Assembly: GCA_964187785.1 (NCBI GenBank)
Contig: OZ076414.1
Span: forward strand, 30,690,001-30,754,000
Source of the DNA: Amphiscolops sp. MND2022
Taxonomy: Eukaryota
DNA: 64,000 bases
Reading direction: 5' to 3'
Made by a program: the position numbers and the translations under genes. This document shows positions 35,887 through 49,500 of this stretch, piece after piece; position 1 is the stretch's first letter; each line of letters starts with the position of its first letter. A model generated the notes under the pieces. That model was not told the origin of the DNA and did not search any database. It saw only the letters and a program-made list of their open reading frames with translations.

Positions 35887-36835
35887 TAAAAGTGCTTACT
35901 AGGTTTTGATATTGATTTGTTGTAATACATTGGTTTTGTAAAAGTTTATCTGCAATTGCTATGATTTGTTCACTAAGCATAGGATTATCATTTCCTCCTA
36001 CTTTTTCAAAATAAAGTAGTTTTAATTGATCTACAAGCTCATCAGGATCCGATGGAAGGAAGACATACTGATTAAATCCACTTCCTAATTGGGATAGTTG
36101 ATAAGGAATATGTTGATATATGTATTGATTAATTAAATCTTTAATGAAATAATATCTCTTTGATTTTTTATCTCCATAATTTATATTATATTTCATATCA
36201 TTTAAAAAAGAATAAATTAGATTCACGTTTTGTGGTTGCGTGTCTAGCTGTGCATTAGTTATAAAATATTGAAGATCGGGATCATTTAAATTGTATTTGT
36301 TACCACTACTGAAGAAGGTTAGTGTATTTTTTTTAATTAGTACTTGTTGAGGATTAATAGGGTTAATTATGAATAAATTTGGATTACCTTCACCGCTTTG
36401 CGTAACAGGTTCTAAACTAAATTGACCTTTGTTTTTGTCATTAGGTAAATTAGAAACTGTCTTGATTATAGTAGAATCAACTTGGTTGGAATTCACAAGA
36501 TCTGTAACAAGTTGATTATTACGGTAAGTAATTTCATCATATTCTTTAATCGATTTTTGTAAATTTTTATTCAAAGCGTTACTCGATTCTCGTATTGCTT
36601 GTGTTGTAGTTTGAGTAGAATCACGTAACGCTTGTAATTGTTTTTCAGATTCTAGCTTGGTTTAGTTTTGGCTTTTTTTCTGATTTTCAGTAACTGGTTC
36701 AAAAACTTCTTCCATATCGTAATGAAAGTCTTGCTTCCCTAGTTTCTCTTTTAATCTTTCAGCTTTTATTAAAGATTTTGATTCTTGCAATTTTTTTAAT
36801 TTTTCTAAATCATCTCGATTATGAATTGAATACAT
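35861..36835 (-). pseudogene. Conserved-looking Polinton protein of unknown function, one in-frame stop
   Basis: MYSIHNRDDLEKLKKL...EEVFEPVT...QN*TKL (TAA 36664-36662), in frame with ORF 36574-35861 ending LPSDPDELVDQLKLL...GGNDN...QIIAIADKL, a motif I recognise from Polinton ORFs. Confidence 0.7.
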
Positions 36836-36884
36836 AATTTATTATTCATAAAAAATAATATTTATTTTACAGCAAGGCTGTAAA

Positions 36885-37287
36885 TCAATGAATTTTACCC
36901 AAGTACAGACCTTTTCCTTGATGAACAAATTTTATAATATCAGGAGCAGTTGCGGCTATCATTCGAGGATTTTTACTTGCTGCTGCAGTACCGATATTAG
37001 CTGCGAGTTCTAATGCTCTTCCAGGATTGTTCAAAATTTTCTTTCCGACACTCTTGGCGGCTTTTCCTATACCTCGGAAAAAGTCACCTAATCCTTCTGC
37101 TTGTATAGTTTGGTCTGATACAATTAATGATTTATTTCTTTTGCAAGTTGAACAAGTACCTCTTAATAATTTAACAACTGCTCCAGTTTTTTTTATTTTG
37201 AGTAATATCTCCACGAATATTTGTGGTAGTGGAATAATGTTTTCCACCAACACAATATGATTTATTTTTAAATTTACTAAAGCTCAT
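36885..37287 (-). pseudogene. Small Polinton protein: zinc-ribbon-like N-terminus plus amphipathic helix, +1 frameshift
   Basis: MSFSKFKNKSYCVGGKH..., then after one extra A in the 37187-37194 run ...GTCSTCKRNKS...EGLGDFFRGIGKAAKSVGKKIL. Confidence 0.65.
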
Positions 37288-37344
37288 TTATTAGAAAAAA
37301 AATATTCATTTTTTTTCTAAGCAAACCTTTGGTTTGTATATATA

Positions 37345-38372
37345 TTAAATGTTGATGATTTGAATTGTAAATGTTAATGTCTCGCCGTTGAAATCAACTG
37401 GGTTATGATTGTTATCCTCAAGGAAAAATTGAATACTATCTAACCTTGTTTTGTTTATTTTTTTTATACAAAATAATATTGTGTTCTTTTATAATTTTAT
37501 ATCCGGGAGGAGCACTAAGATTAAATGAAAATAAAATTTGTTCTCGTATACCATTAACAATTGAACCATCTACACAATCACATTTAAGATGAACTTTGTC
37601 TGTAGTTGTTATCATAACTGGTTTTTCTGATATATGAGTTCCTTGTATATAGTGTGTATTTGTGAATCCTAGAAGTTCATTTAATTTTGAATTAAAATAA
37701 ATGGGATTAGAAGTTGTTAAAACTGATTTCATTGATATTGTATCTGCTTCTATGTTGAGTTTAAACTTAGAACTACCACCAGGTAAAGTACAACATTTAA
37801 TAAGTTCTTGCTGGATGGTATTATTTATATCAACTAATTCATATGCTCCTGGTGGTAGTTCTATTTCAATGGAATCAGTTACAGATCCAATTCCAGAAAT
37901 AACAATTGGTTTATCTTTAATATTTTGATTAATTTGATCAATTATTTTCATCAAATAATCATAATCTGTTTTAGTAATAGTCTTAATTTTAGCATTATCA
38001 TTAACTATAAGTTTTTTAATTTTTTCTATATCACCAGAGGTTTTATATAAATACTCAACATTTGTTACTAATTGAGTGTCAACATCATTTTCTTTTAACA
38101 TTTTTTCTGTATAAAGAAGTTTAAATTTATTGTTCTTCTCAGTAATGTTATAAACTGTATTATATACTTCTAAACTTGTTACTCCCATCATCCATTGTTC
38201 AGGCAATTCCAAAGGAATATCAAATGAAAAATATTCTTTTTGTTTATTCATTTTAAATTCTAGAGTTTCCTGAGGTTTGGATAAAGTATATTCAACAATA
38301 TCCAAATTAGATTTTGCAATACTCAACAAGAGATTCTTGTTTATTATAAGTTACAAAATTTGATAGATCCAT
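37345..38372 (-). pseudogene. Polinton minor capsid protein (penton/PX), two frameshifts
   Basis: FSFDIPLEL...SLEVYNTVYNI..KNNKF...PGAYE...LLGF...CDCVDGSIVNG....FSF....PPGYKI; C-terminus restored as LDSIQFFLED...VDFNGETLTF by removing one A near 37460; ATG at 38372 shifts near 38330. Confidence 0.82.
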
Positions 38373-38375
38373 TTA

Positions 38376-38558
38376 TTAAGAGAAAAATTGTTTATATCCA
38401 CTTGCGGATATCTTATTTATGAATTCTTGGTTTTGTTTTGATAATTTTTTTTGATTATTACCGAAGGAGCTTTGCTTATGAATATTATTGTTATCATTTT
38501 CATTCTCTGGCTTTTGAATAACTTTAAATTGAGCTGAATAATTATTAATTTTCTTCAT
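38376..38558 (-). CDS. Polinton small hypothetical protein, 60 aa
   Basis: ATG in TAAATG context; stop followed directly by TAA-ATG of the penton. Confidence 0.5.
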   Translation of the reverse strand: MKKINNYSAQFKVIQKPENENDNNNIHKQSSFGNNQKKLSKQNQEFINKISASGYKQFFS

Positions 38559-38599
38559 TTAAGAAGAAAAAATTTGTTGAATTTTTTTTCTAAGCTTGC

Positions 38600-39000
38600 T
38601 TAATTAAGTTTAAAAGTTTGATAGTATAAATTTAAAACTGCATTTTTGAAGCCTATAATTTGTGTAAGATATAACACATACAATAAGCTGCACAATAACT
38701 GTCGTCTTTCTGGATTTGATATTCTGAATAGATACCATTATTAATTTGTTTTGTTATATTTAGTGGTGGTGGACAGTCATATGAATCAAAATAAAACTCG
38801 TTAACAAACATAACCCAATGTGTTCCTTTAGTTGGATGTAAGTTAACTATACCACTGGTGGTTATAAATTTATCATCTCTCATATATATTCCACAAGATG
38901 TGTTCATGAGTTTTAAGATTTCTTTTATTTCTACATTGGAAGTTGCTTCATTTTTTAATCCATATTTATTAACAAATTCTTTGAATGATAAATAATTCAT
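38600..39000 (-). pseudogene. Adenain-like cysteine protease (PRO), frameshift just after the catalytic Cys
   Basis: GTHW (His), YFDSY (Asp), IQ....YCAAYC (Gln/Cys); the alternative frame continues VLYLTQIIGFKNAVLNLYYQ...*. Confidence 0.88.
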
Positions 39001-39020
39001 TTAATAGTTGTTTTTCATCA

Positions 39021-39190
39021 ATTTTGCTAATTTTTCAGTTGCGAAAAAAGGCTGATTTTTAGATGGTTTGCCTTGGTTATTTTTTAACAGTTAGTTGTGA
39101 AAAAAACGTTGATTTTTTTTAAAAAAAATAATCAACATTTTTTTAAAAAAAAATATTTGATTGGCCCGAATCGGGAATTCGTATACTACT
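39021..39190 (-). repeat. Polinton right TIR
   Basis: Reverse complement of the left TIR; ends ...GAATTCGTATACTACT followed by the TSD. Confidence 0.95.
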
Positions 39191-40230
39191 GACTATCGAT
39201 AGAGTGAACAAATGGCCCTGCATTAACATACTCTTTACAGATAAATATATATTTTTTCAAACACGTATGAAATGAACAAAATTTTGTCAATATTTTTGAC
39301 CATTTCGATGGTTTCGAAAATTTTCCGCAAGTTAGTAGTTTATTGGCTACGGTCGAGACTTGAAATGTGTCTTAGCTGAAATATTTCCGGTCGCAAAATA
39401 TCCCACTGCTTAGCAGGCGTCTTATTTTCTAAACAGAAAACAAAAAAGCTGATCTGGAGAAAGGAATGAGAATAAATTTTAGCAATAATATAGCTAGGTT
39501 TTTATAATTTGAAGCTCTTAGTGGCATTTCCCAAGAAAATGGGAACGGCGCAAGTCGGCGCACCGCTCAAGATTCAAAAGAGCAAAGCAGGGACACAACG
39601 CTGGAAAAGTAGAATCATCAAAAACCAAATTTTTAAAACAAACAAGTAGACACACAAAAAAACTAGTCACTGTAATAGCCGGGCTTTTTTCCTTAATGGA
39701 AAAAGCGTCGACTAAAATGATTCAAATATATTCACACTAGATTTTTAAAAATGATTCAAGCTAGCTTCAGTATTTACCCTTGCTGAACTTACCTGAACGT
39801 TTTACATGTCCTTCAAAGTTGCCAGCAACTTTTATAATTTTCTAAAAGTTTTCACGGAAATTTCCATGCGAAAATGTTCTCCTGTTGTAATCCACTACTT
39901 TTATCAAGCTGCCTAAAAACTTCATGCACCGTTTCGACGGTACTCAACAGTTTTGGTATCTATACAACGTTCCACCACTATGTGCCTGTCGGTAATTGCT
40001 TCATCACTCGGAAAAACGATGACTAGCCTGAGGACATCGCAGAACCTTGTCAAATCAGTTTTTTCCTTGAGATTGACCTCCATAAACTCTAGTGAAAATT
40101 TATGTTTTAGGGTAGTTTCCAGTAAAGTAACTCCCTGTACTTTAAGAGAAGCAATACTTTATTGTATAGACCATATGGTGACTGAGCGGATCTCAGACTT
40201 CAAGCTCTATAATTCAACCAGTACATTATT

Positions 40231-43200
40231 TGTAAATATGTAAGATAAAATGTACAACTTGTTGATAAAGTTAACGTCACTCATATGTTGTTTTTAATTT
40301 AGTATTTTGTTCTTCGCTTCTTTGATTGAGCCCTGTCACACTCCTCCTTCGTTTCTTGACGTTCAGTCATGAAAAAATTGAACATAAATAATTTGGCTCT
40401 GTAAGTTTCTGCTGCTTCTAAGTTTTTCTATTTTCTTTAGCTGCTTCTTGTGGCTACTTTTTAGTTTTCATCTGTTGATGAACTGATAGTGATGATTTCG
40501 GGGGGTTGTTTTCCTTGTTCAACTCCACAGATCATAACCGGGTTTCCAAAGTAATTTGGGGTCTTTCGTTCTCTTCTTGGTCGGTCGCTCGCTTGTTGAC
40601 TTGACGTTTCTTCTTCTGATTTCGGCTCTTCTTTTGGCTGTTTTTCCCAGTTTGTTGTGGCTTTTATTGGTGCCTTTTGTCGCCTCCTTTCCTCCTCTTC
40701 GTCAGTTGAGTCTGTTTCTAGTAGTTGTTGCCAGTTTTGTAGTCTGTGGAACTCTTTTGGGAGTTTGGATTTTTTCTTCTTTTCGTTCACTTTAGCTGGT
40801 TGTGGCTTTTTGTTTGGTGCGGCGTTTTTGATTGGTTCGCTGTCAGTGCTTGATGTTCGTCTTTCTTGTTGTGAGTCTGCCGTTGGTTGGCTTGTTGTAG
40901 CTTCTTGGTTTGGTGCTGTTCGCGCATCATTTGTAATTGCCATCGCTACGTCTCGCTTGCTGTATATAGTTGGTCGCCGTTTTGTGCCGCTCACTGTGAT
41001 TGTGTGATCTGTTTCTTTTGTGATCACCCCTTTTTACTTCTTGTAGAGTCCGTCCAGCTTCGTACCTCTTGCACGTTCTCTCACCACTATTTCCGAGTCT
41101 TGTTCCCCCGGAAAGTCTGACAGTTCCAATTGGAAGTTGTTGTCGTTTTCTGAAACATTCAAGTTATTTCTTGGATTTGTAGTAATAATATCTTTTACAG
41201 TCGTGAATTTCCGATTGTTATGTAGTTCTGCGGCGCAAAGTTTATTTTGTCGTTTCGCACCCCTTAGTGCGTAGAGCATTTCTGATAATCCTGTGTTATC
41301 TTTTTCTAGTATTATTTTCTTGTTTGCTCGTAGTCGATCGTTTATTGTCCTTATTAGTCTTTCGACCTTTCCATTACCTTTGTGGTCATTTACTGGGCAG
41401 GTAATATGTTTTATGAAATATTTTTCGCAAAATTCTTTAAATTTGTCGCTGGTAAAAGCTTTGCCGGGGTCTGTCCTTATTTGTTTTGGAATTCCGTTAT
41501 CTGCTATATATCTTTGTAAAAATTCGTTAACTTTTCGTGTTGTCGGTGCTCTTAGAAACTTTGCATCTTGAAACCCGGTTTTACTGTCAATCGATACGAT
41601 TAAGTATCTTTTTGAGCTTGCTGCTATTTTGAACGGTCCTGCGAAGTCGATTGCAATTTTGTCGTTAGTTTCTTCCGGCGTTGGTATTTTTCCAAAATTA
41701 TTTTGTTTTAATATTGGTTTTATCGACTTACCGGCTTCTTGGCAGTTTGGGCAGCTTTTGGCTAAAAGTGTGATGTCACGGTGAATGCGTGGTCACCAGA
41801 TGTCGCTGATCTGTTGGAGCATCGCGTCTCTGCCGGGATGTCCCCAGTGTAAAGAATTTTTGATTGGTGCTTGCAGTAATTTTGGGATTACGAGCCGGTC
41901 GTCAAGATATTGTAAGTCATTTTCGTCTAACGATAATGCTTGAAATCTTTCACGCCATGGGCAGTCTAAAGCCTTTATTTAGCCTTTTGTTGAATTTTTT
42001 ACGATTCCGATAATTTTCTGTAAAAACTCGTCGTCTAGGTAATTTGCGGCTAGTAAATTTTGTCCAATTTGATTGGCGAATTTTAGTTTGGGTTGTAATT
42101 TGCTTGAGACTTGATAAATTTCAATACCTGGTAAATTTTCTGCTGATTGGGCTTGTCCCATTTTGTTGGCGGCGTTTGAATTATCGTATTTCGTGCTTTC
42201 ACGTGCGTTTGTTTGTTTGCCTTGTATTGGCCAATGTGCACTCTTACTTCGTTCGTAACTTCTTTTCAGCTTTAGCAATCTCCGCCCTCTGATTGGTTCG
42301 TTTAATTCAATCACTAAAATGGCATTCAAGTTGTTTACGTGATTCACTGTGAACCATATATTGCAAAGTTCAGTTGCTTTTACGCTTTCTCCTTCAATTG
42401 GTGATGGGTGGCGTGAGAGGTAGTCGGCAATTCTCATCGTTCTACCTGGTGCATGGGCTATTTCAAATTCAAATGGGAGTAGGCGATCCACCCATCGTGT
42501 TAGTCGGCTCGAGTATGTTTTATTATTTTTGTTTCCTTCAAGTATTGACGCCAGTGCTTTGTGGTCTGAATTTATTTGGAATTTTGTTCCGTATAAATAA
42601 TTTTTGAAATGTTGTATCGCCCATACAATGGCGAGTAATTCTAGTTCGTTTATAGAATATTTACTTTCTAACGGCGTTAAAAATCTTGATGCGAAATGTA
42701 TTGGTCTCCAGTTGTTTTCGTTATTTTCGTCTGTTTGTTGTAGTACAGCGCCTAATCCGGCTTTACTTGCATCGCAAATGATTCTGATTGGGCTGCTTCT
42801 TTTGAAGTGTCCTACTTCTGCGACTTGTCTTACTTTTTCATTTATTAGTTCAAATGCTTTGTCGTGTTTTTCGCCCCAATTCCAGGGTTGATCCTTTTTT
42901 AGTAGTGGACGTAGTTCGTGGCAAAGTTGCGCCAAGTTTGGTATGAACCGATTTAGTTGGTTCACTGCTCCTAGGTATGATCGGAGTTCTTCTAAACTTT
43001 TCGGTGTCAGTTTTTTCCGTTATGGCTTGAACTTTGGAGTTTATTGGTTTTATTCCTGTTTGAGATAATTTATACCCCAACCAGTTGATCTCTTCTGCCG
43101 CAAATTTACATTTTTCCCATTTTAGTCTGATATTAGCGTTATCTAGCTTTTTCAGAACTTGTTTTACTGTTTCGAAGTGTTTTTCCTTTGAGCCCCGTGT

Positions 43201-45150
43201 TACGATTAATATATCATCTAGAAACACGTATGTGTTTGGGATGTTTCCCAACTCTTGGTCCATGGCCCTTTGGAATTCTGTGGGCATTGTAGTGAGCCCA
43301 TAGAATCCTGTTACGAACCTGTATGTGCCGGTGGCTTTCCCACCTATAATTTGAAAATTACAGTGTTTTGATGTTTCTTCATCAAGCGGCACTTGTCCAT
43401 ACGCGTAGCGCATGTCAAGTGATGTGTTAAGTGCCTTTCCGTTTTCTTTGTTGTCTAATTGCTCTGCTACTAAGTCAACTAAATGTTCTAGGTGGGGCAT
43501 TTGGTATTTATCTTTCACAATTTCATTATTCAGTGCACGCGCGTCTAAAGCAATTTTCACACTTTAGTCTTTCTTCACTGTGATTACCACAGGTTGTATA
43601 AATTGCTTATCTGTTACTTCACTGACTCGTTCAATGTGGCCTTCATTTAATAACCTTTCGATTTCGTCTTGTACCGCCTCCTGGAGTTGGATCGGTACCC
43701 TTCTACCTTTTTGTTGTGTTATTTTGGCGTTTTGTTTAAATTCAATTTTTACTTTATGTTTGTTTATTTTGTTGGTCGTTCCAATTTTCTGGTTCATTCG
43801 CTTTGTTTGGTTTATCCAATTTAATTGGTTGTGTAGTTCCGCTTGTTATTTTACAAATAGTTCTTTTACCTTCGTTTTGATTGGGTGAGACGAAATTGTA
43901 GTTGAAGGCGTTCAGCCAGTCCCTTCCAATTAGTGATTTTGCGCCTCTTTCTGCTATCAATATTCTCGCCTTCTGCAGTTTGCTGTCTCCCACTTCCAAT
44001 TTGCAGAACACATAACCCAGTAAGTTCAATTTTCGTTTATTGAAGTCCACGTATTCTTCGTCTTCTGGTAGTTGTCGTATGAATAAAGTTTTTCTTTTCC
44101 TTATTCGTTTAATTTCTTCAATTTCGAATATTGTTACTGGTGACCCTGAGTCAACCATTGTTTTGAAAGGATTGATCCATTTTCAACTCCGTTTATTGTT
44201 AGCACAATTTTATCGTCTTCTATTGCTGATCCCGAACTACTTTCTTCGAAATTCATCTATTCTTTGGATTCTTTGCTATGGCGGTTTTGTGATTTTTCGG
44301 CTTTTTGCAAAACTACCGGCTCCTCTGGTTTGGCAACATTTTGCAAAGTGGCCCTTTTTTCCACATTTCATGCATGTAATGCCCATTGCCTTACACTCCG
44401 TTAGGTGTTGTGGGCTGAATGGAGCTTCACAACGAAAGCACTTTTTTGTCGGTCCCCACCGTTTGGTCTCTGTATTTATTTTATTGATTTCGTTTGGTTC
44501 GTGTTTAATGTTTGGTTTGTCCAGTTTATCGAATGTTTGTTGTCCCAGCGTTCCTTCTTCGTAGGCTATTGCGAATTGAATTGTGTCAGCGATTGATGTT
44601 TTGGGCTCTGTACATAATTTTTGTTGAACTTCTTTATTCATATTCACAATGAATACGTCCTTCACCAAACTTTCAGTTATTGTCCCAAAATTGCACTTCG
44701 CCGCCAGTCTGTTAAGTTCGTTCCAGAACTGCTTTAGCGTTTCGTTTTCGTTTTGTTTTCTGCTCAGGAACTTGAATCTGTCCAGCGTTTCATTTTTTGG
44801 TTTTTCGAAGCAGTCTTTGCATTTTTGTAGTAGTTCGACCAAAATGATTGTAGCGATATTCGTTGTCGGGAATTTATCTGAAATCGTCTTCCTTGCTGCC
44901 ATTCCTGGGGCTAGGTAGAGTACGCTGTTAGCTTTCTTCATTGCTGTTGCCTCTTCCATGTCTCCCATGAGGCTTTTTTCTTTTGTACCTGTAGTTTTGA
45001 TATGTTCTGCTACAGAGATGTTTCTTTTAGCCATAAGGGCTACTTCAAATAGGTCTCTCCACTTTTCCCATTCTAATTCAGGGGTTTTTGTTGCTTCTTG
45101 CCAAAAAAATTGCTCCGTATCTTGCCATCGAAATATCTAATCGATCTTCC
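40231..45150 (-). mobile_element. Degenerate Ty3/Gypsy LTR retrotransposon (element A), 5' LTR not found
   Basis: gag with two Cys/His knuckles, protease DSGS, RT (FLDD), RNase H (CDAS..GLGAVL), integrase (DFAGP, TDPG, KVERLIRT); PPT GAAACGAAGGAGGAG (40355-40341) then TGTGACA; boundaries approximate. Confidence 0.88.
40461..45130 (-). pseudogene. Gypsy A gag-pol, multiply frameshifted
   Basis: ORF fragments 44276-45034, 43754-44158, 43564-43797, 42850-43560, 41979-42965, 41034-41279, 40461-41027 in gag-PR-RT-RH-INT order. Confidence 0.88.
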
Positions 45151-46089
45151 CGTAGCTTCCGAATTGCAGGTCTTAAGGATTTCCATCACATCGTTCTTGT
45201 CTTTTCGTGCTGTCATTGCTTTACAAGTTTTGTTTAAATGGCTCGAGTTCTTCTTTTTCAGTTTCCATGCAGTTCAAACACATTGGGAATAAAAAACCTT
45301 GATTCCAAAGCGCATTGCGAGATAGACTGAGAGTTCAAGCATGAACTGTTTGAAGAGTTAAGTTCAATTCAGGTCATTGTTTATTGTTGAATAGTATGAT
45401 TTGTGTTTTTCTATTGTTCAGACGGCTTTGCAAGCATTGATGTTAGCAATTGACATTATGTGAATTTTACATGAGGATTGAGCGTATGGAGTTGATCGCG
45501 TTTTTGCTCTTACGTTACGTAAAAGGACGCTATCGAACAGCTGTATTTTATTTCACTAATGCTTCTTTCAAAAGCTGGAATCTTTCAACAAGGTTTTCTA
45601 GCAAAGCTGAATAACGTCAAGACGCTTATTTTTTTCAAGTTGTTTTCGACTCAGAATAACATCAATCGTTCGGTTCTAGTTAAAATTGCATCAGCATTCG
45701 ATCCTAATTAGTTTGAGACCTTTTCGATTGTAGATATTTCGATCTCAGAAAGCAATCCCACTAGTTTCTAGTTGATTCTTTAACCAATTTTTCTATAAGT
45801 TTCATGATTTTTCAATTTGCCTTCAGTAGTTTGATTCTTTCCATAGCACCTTTGGTAACGTATACAAACCGGAGACTAGGGAGTCTCTCCTGTCATATTC
45901 ATGACTTCTTATTCATCTGTCTCCATTGACATCACTTCTGAAACCACCTATGAGTCCAAAGGGTTGCCTGCCCTGTCGCATGCAGCATGCGGGTAGCAAC
46001 GTTTTAGGTGAAAAAAAAAATCAAGACCATTGCAGTATTTGTTCGTTGTTTTTTTGTCCGACAGAAACCTGCTTTTGAAGATTTGTTAT

Positions 46090-46295
46090 TGTTAACGACT
46101 ACGACTCAAGTAAAGAAGAATATGATAGCGACTGTAAATTCGACGGTATTGCATTTTATGGCAATAGATGTTATTTTGCCACTTTGGCATAATTTGGCAG
46201 GTTGTTAATATGTTACGTAATAAAGTATTTCACACTATTGTTTTTCTCACATTAGCTTTAGGTTATGTAATGTTAGTTGTCTAGCACCTACCACA
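46090..46295 (-). repeat. Gypsy B 3' LTR, 206 bp
   Basis: Matches 51280-51493 except three substitutions and one net 8-bp complex indel; preceded on the minus strand by purine tract GAGGGAAG (46303-46296). Confidence 0.95.
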
Positions 46296-46597
46296 CTTCC
46301 CTCGGTATTAATGAAGGTCATGGGGTTTTGTACATTTGTACTTTATTTACGTTTACATTAACATCGTTATGTGATTGGTCCGTCTTTTGGCCAATACTTT
46401 TACAGAATGCTAATTTTTTCATGGTATATAATTGTCAACTAAAAACACAATTAAACAACTGCGAACAAATGTTACTACAACACCAGTTCTTTTAAAACTC
46501 AAACTGCGTGCTGGGTTCATGAATAAATATAACTAGGCCGCACTTTTATCAAGGTTTTCAGCAATGCTCGATGAGTTTTTTTTTTTAGTTTTTGCTT

Positions 46598-49500
46598 CTA
46601 CTGAGGAGGAGGTATTTCATATACTCTGGGTAAACTTTCTCCAACGCTGGCTTCCTGCTCAATCTTTTTGACAATTATGTTATTTCTTAGCCAATCAGGC
46701 TTTTTCTGGGTTCTCATTGAGCTTCTTTGTGCTACTTTCTCCCACTTTATCTGTCCCTTCACGCGTACTTTCTTTTCTTTGTTCTTTTCCTCCTGTTTTT
46801 CTTTTTCTTCTTCTTCCATACTTTCTGTTGTTTTCATTTCTTTCTCCTCATTTGCCGGTATTGTTGATTCGTCTGCGCTATTTGCTTCAGCGCTTTCTTC
46901 TTGTGGTTCTGGTTGTTCATTACGTTCTTCCTTTTCTCCGCCCTCGTTTGACGAGAGTCTGCCTCGATAATATTTTTTTTCTGCCATTTCTTCCCAGACT
47001 GGCTTTTTCTTTGCAGATGCCACTTTTTGCATCTTTGCCTTCTTTGATTTTATTGGCCTTGGTGCGCTCGTGCTGGCTCCTTCATTATGCCTCAGTGCGC
47101 TTGTGCTGGCTCCTTCGTTCACTTTAGCCACATCTCGCTTTGACAGTATTATTGGTTTTCCGGCTTTCGGCTGAACTGTGATGGTGTGCTCACTTTCAGC
47201 GGTCACCCTTCCTTTCATCTTTTTGAAGTTTTCTTCGAGTTTTGTCCCTCTCACACGTTCTCTTACGAGAATAGTTGAGTCGGCTTCTTCGCTGAAGTCC
47301 TCGGGTTCGATCTGGAGCTTTGGGTCTTCTTCTAAAATACACTTTTTTATCATAGCAGATTTTAATGTATTTGGTGTTCTACCCATTTGCTTTTCGAATG
47401 CTGATTTGTTGTCCGCTCCTTTTTCCGATGTTAGCGCAAATAATATGTTTGATATTCCCGTTGTGTCCCTTTGGACAATTATGTTTCTATTTGTTCTAAT
47501 CCTTTCGTTCACCGTTCGAATCATTCTCTCAACTTTCCCATTTCCTCTATGATCACGTCTTGGGCATACTATATGCTGAATAAATTTTTCTCTACAAAAT
47601 GCTTTGAGTTTATCCCCCGTAAACACTGTTCCCGGGTCCGTCCGTATTCTTTTCGGAATTCCATTTTTGGCAATGTACTCTAACAAAAATTCGATTACCT
47701 TTTCAGCCGTTGGGTTTGGTAAAAACATTGCATCCGGCCAACCTGAATTATTATCAACCGAGACCAACAAATACTTTTTCTGTTTTCTTGCATTTTGAAA
47801 TGGGCCGGCAAAATCTATGGATATTTCGTCATTAGGCTGATTCGCTTCCGGTATTTTTCCAAAATCTTTTTGACTCTTTAGACATTTAAGATTCTTACCT
47901 GCATTTTGGCATTCCACGCAATTTTCCGCTTTTTCTATGATCTCTCTATGGATTCTTGGCCACCATACATCTGACGCTTCCCGTAGCATCGCATTTCTCC
48001 CTGCGTGACCGAAATGGATAGCACGTAAAACATTCTCTCTCATGTCTTTAGGAATCACTAATCTCTGATCCATGTAAAGTAAGTCTTGTGAATCTAAGCT
48101 AAATGATGAGAATTTTTCCCTCCACGGGGGCGGTAGTCGAGCAATTACGGACGAATTTTTATCTTTTAGTAAGCGGATATTTTTTTGAATGTTCTTGTCG
48201 TTTTCGTAATTGGCCTTCACGTAAACTTGGCTGATTTTTGAATTGACTAGATCATTCGCCATTCCTGCGTTAATTGGCTTATCGTTTATTTGTTCACAAT
48301 TTACGCTCGACTGCGTAGGCTGGTGAATTGTTAGCCCACTCTTATTTGCCAATTTCGTTCTTTCAAAACATTCCTCGCTTCTGATTGGTTCATTTTCTTT
48401 TGCTGACTTTCTATTTAATGTTGGGACGGTTTCTTTCACCACATTTATCGTAAACCAATTATTAAATAATTCTTCCGCTTTTAGAATTGAACCATTATAC
48501 TCGGAAGGGCGGCGTGACAATTAATCTGCTAAACCTAAGGTTCTGCCAGGTTCGTGCACCACATTAAAATCGAAGGGAAGGAGTCTATCCACCCACCTTG
48601 TGAGTCTACTTGAACACGATTTGTTTCCTTTATTCGACTTCAGAACGCTCTGTAACGCCTTGTGGTCTGACACTACTCGAAATTTATCCCGTACACGTAA
48701 TTTTTAAAATGTTCCACTGACCAGACTACAGCTAGTAACTCTAATTCATTTATTGAATATTTTGCTTCTAAATCAGTTAAAAATCTTGACGCGTATGAGA
48801 TTGGTTTCCACCGTTCCTTTTCTTTTTGCTGAAGTACCGCGCCTAATCCTTGTTTGCTGGCATCGCAGATTATTCTCAATTCTTTGTTTCTTTTAAAAGG
48901 CGTTAATTCCGCGACTTTTTTTTTACTTCTTTGTTGACTCTTCTGAATGCTTTTTCATGTTCTTCATTCCATTCCCATTTGGCTTCCTTTTTTAAAATTG
49001 AACGAAATGGAAAGCAAATTGTAGCCAAATCTGGGACAAATCTATTGAATTGATTCACTGCGCCTGAGAACGATCTTAGTTCTTTCAAATTCGTTGGTCT
49101 GAGTTTTTCTGTAATTCCTTGTACTTTCGAATTTATTGGCGAAATGCCTGATTTTGTCAACTTGAACCCTAACCACTCGATTTCTTGTTTAGCAAATTCG
49201 CATTTTCCCGCCTTTAATTGTAGTTCTGCTTCATCTAGCACTTTAAAAATTTCCCGCACTTTGTTCAAATGTTCAGCTTTGTTTTTCTTGGTTACAATTA
49301 AAATATCATCGATAAAGACAAACACTTCTCTAAATTTTGCTAATACCAAATCCATTACTTTTTGAAATTCTGTCGGCATAACAGTTAGACCATAAAAACC
49401 TGTTACAAACCGATACGTTCCCGTCGATTCTCCGCCGATAATTTGAAAATTACAGTGTTTCGCTGTTAGCAAATGTAGTGGAATTTGACCGTATGCGTAT

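Larger units (their letters stand above)
24484..39190. mobile_element. Complete but decaying Polinton/Maverick (adintovirus-like endogenous dsDNA virus), 14,707 bp
   Basis: Termini AGTAGTA...TACTACT, ~170-bp TIRs, perfect 6-bp TSD GACTAT (24478-24483 and 39191-39196); encodes pPolB, major and minor capsid, rve integrase, two ATPases and an adenain-like protease. Confidence 0.97.

Noticed and set aside
39790-40230. Minus-strand fragment VLRLVIVFPSDEAITDR, faintly like a hAT dimerisation motif
   Set aside because: Short, interrupted by stops, no TIRs or other transposase motifs; needs a profile search.
40334-46089. A matching 5' LTR and PBS for Gypsy A
   Set aside because: No second copy of the TGTGACAGGGCTCAATC... 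sequence and no recognisable tRNA complement near the gag start.
42850-49400. FxDD instead of YxDD in the RTs of Gypsy A and B
   Set aside because: FIDD/FLDD is a known common variant in Ty3/Gypsy RTs.
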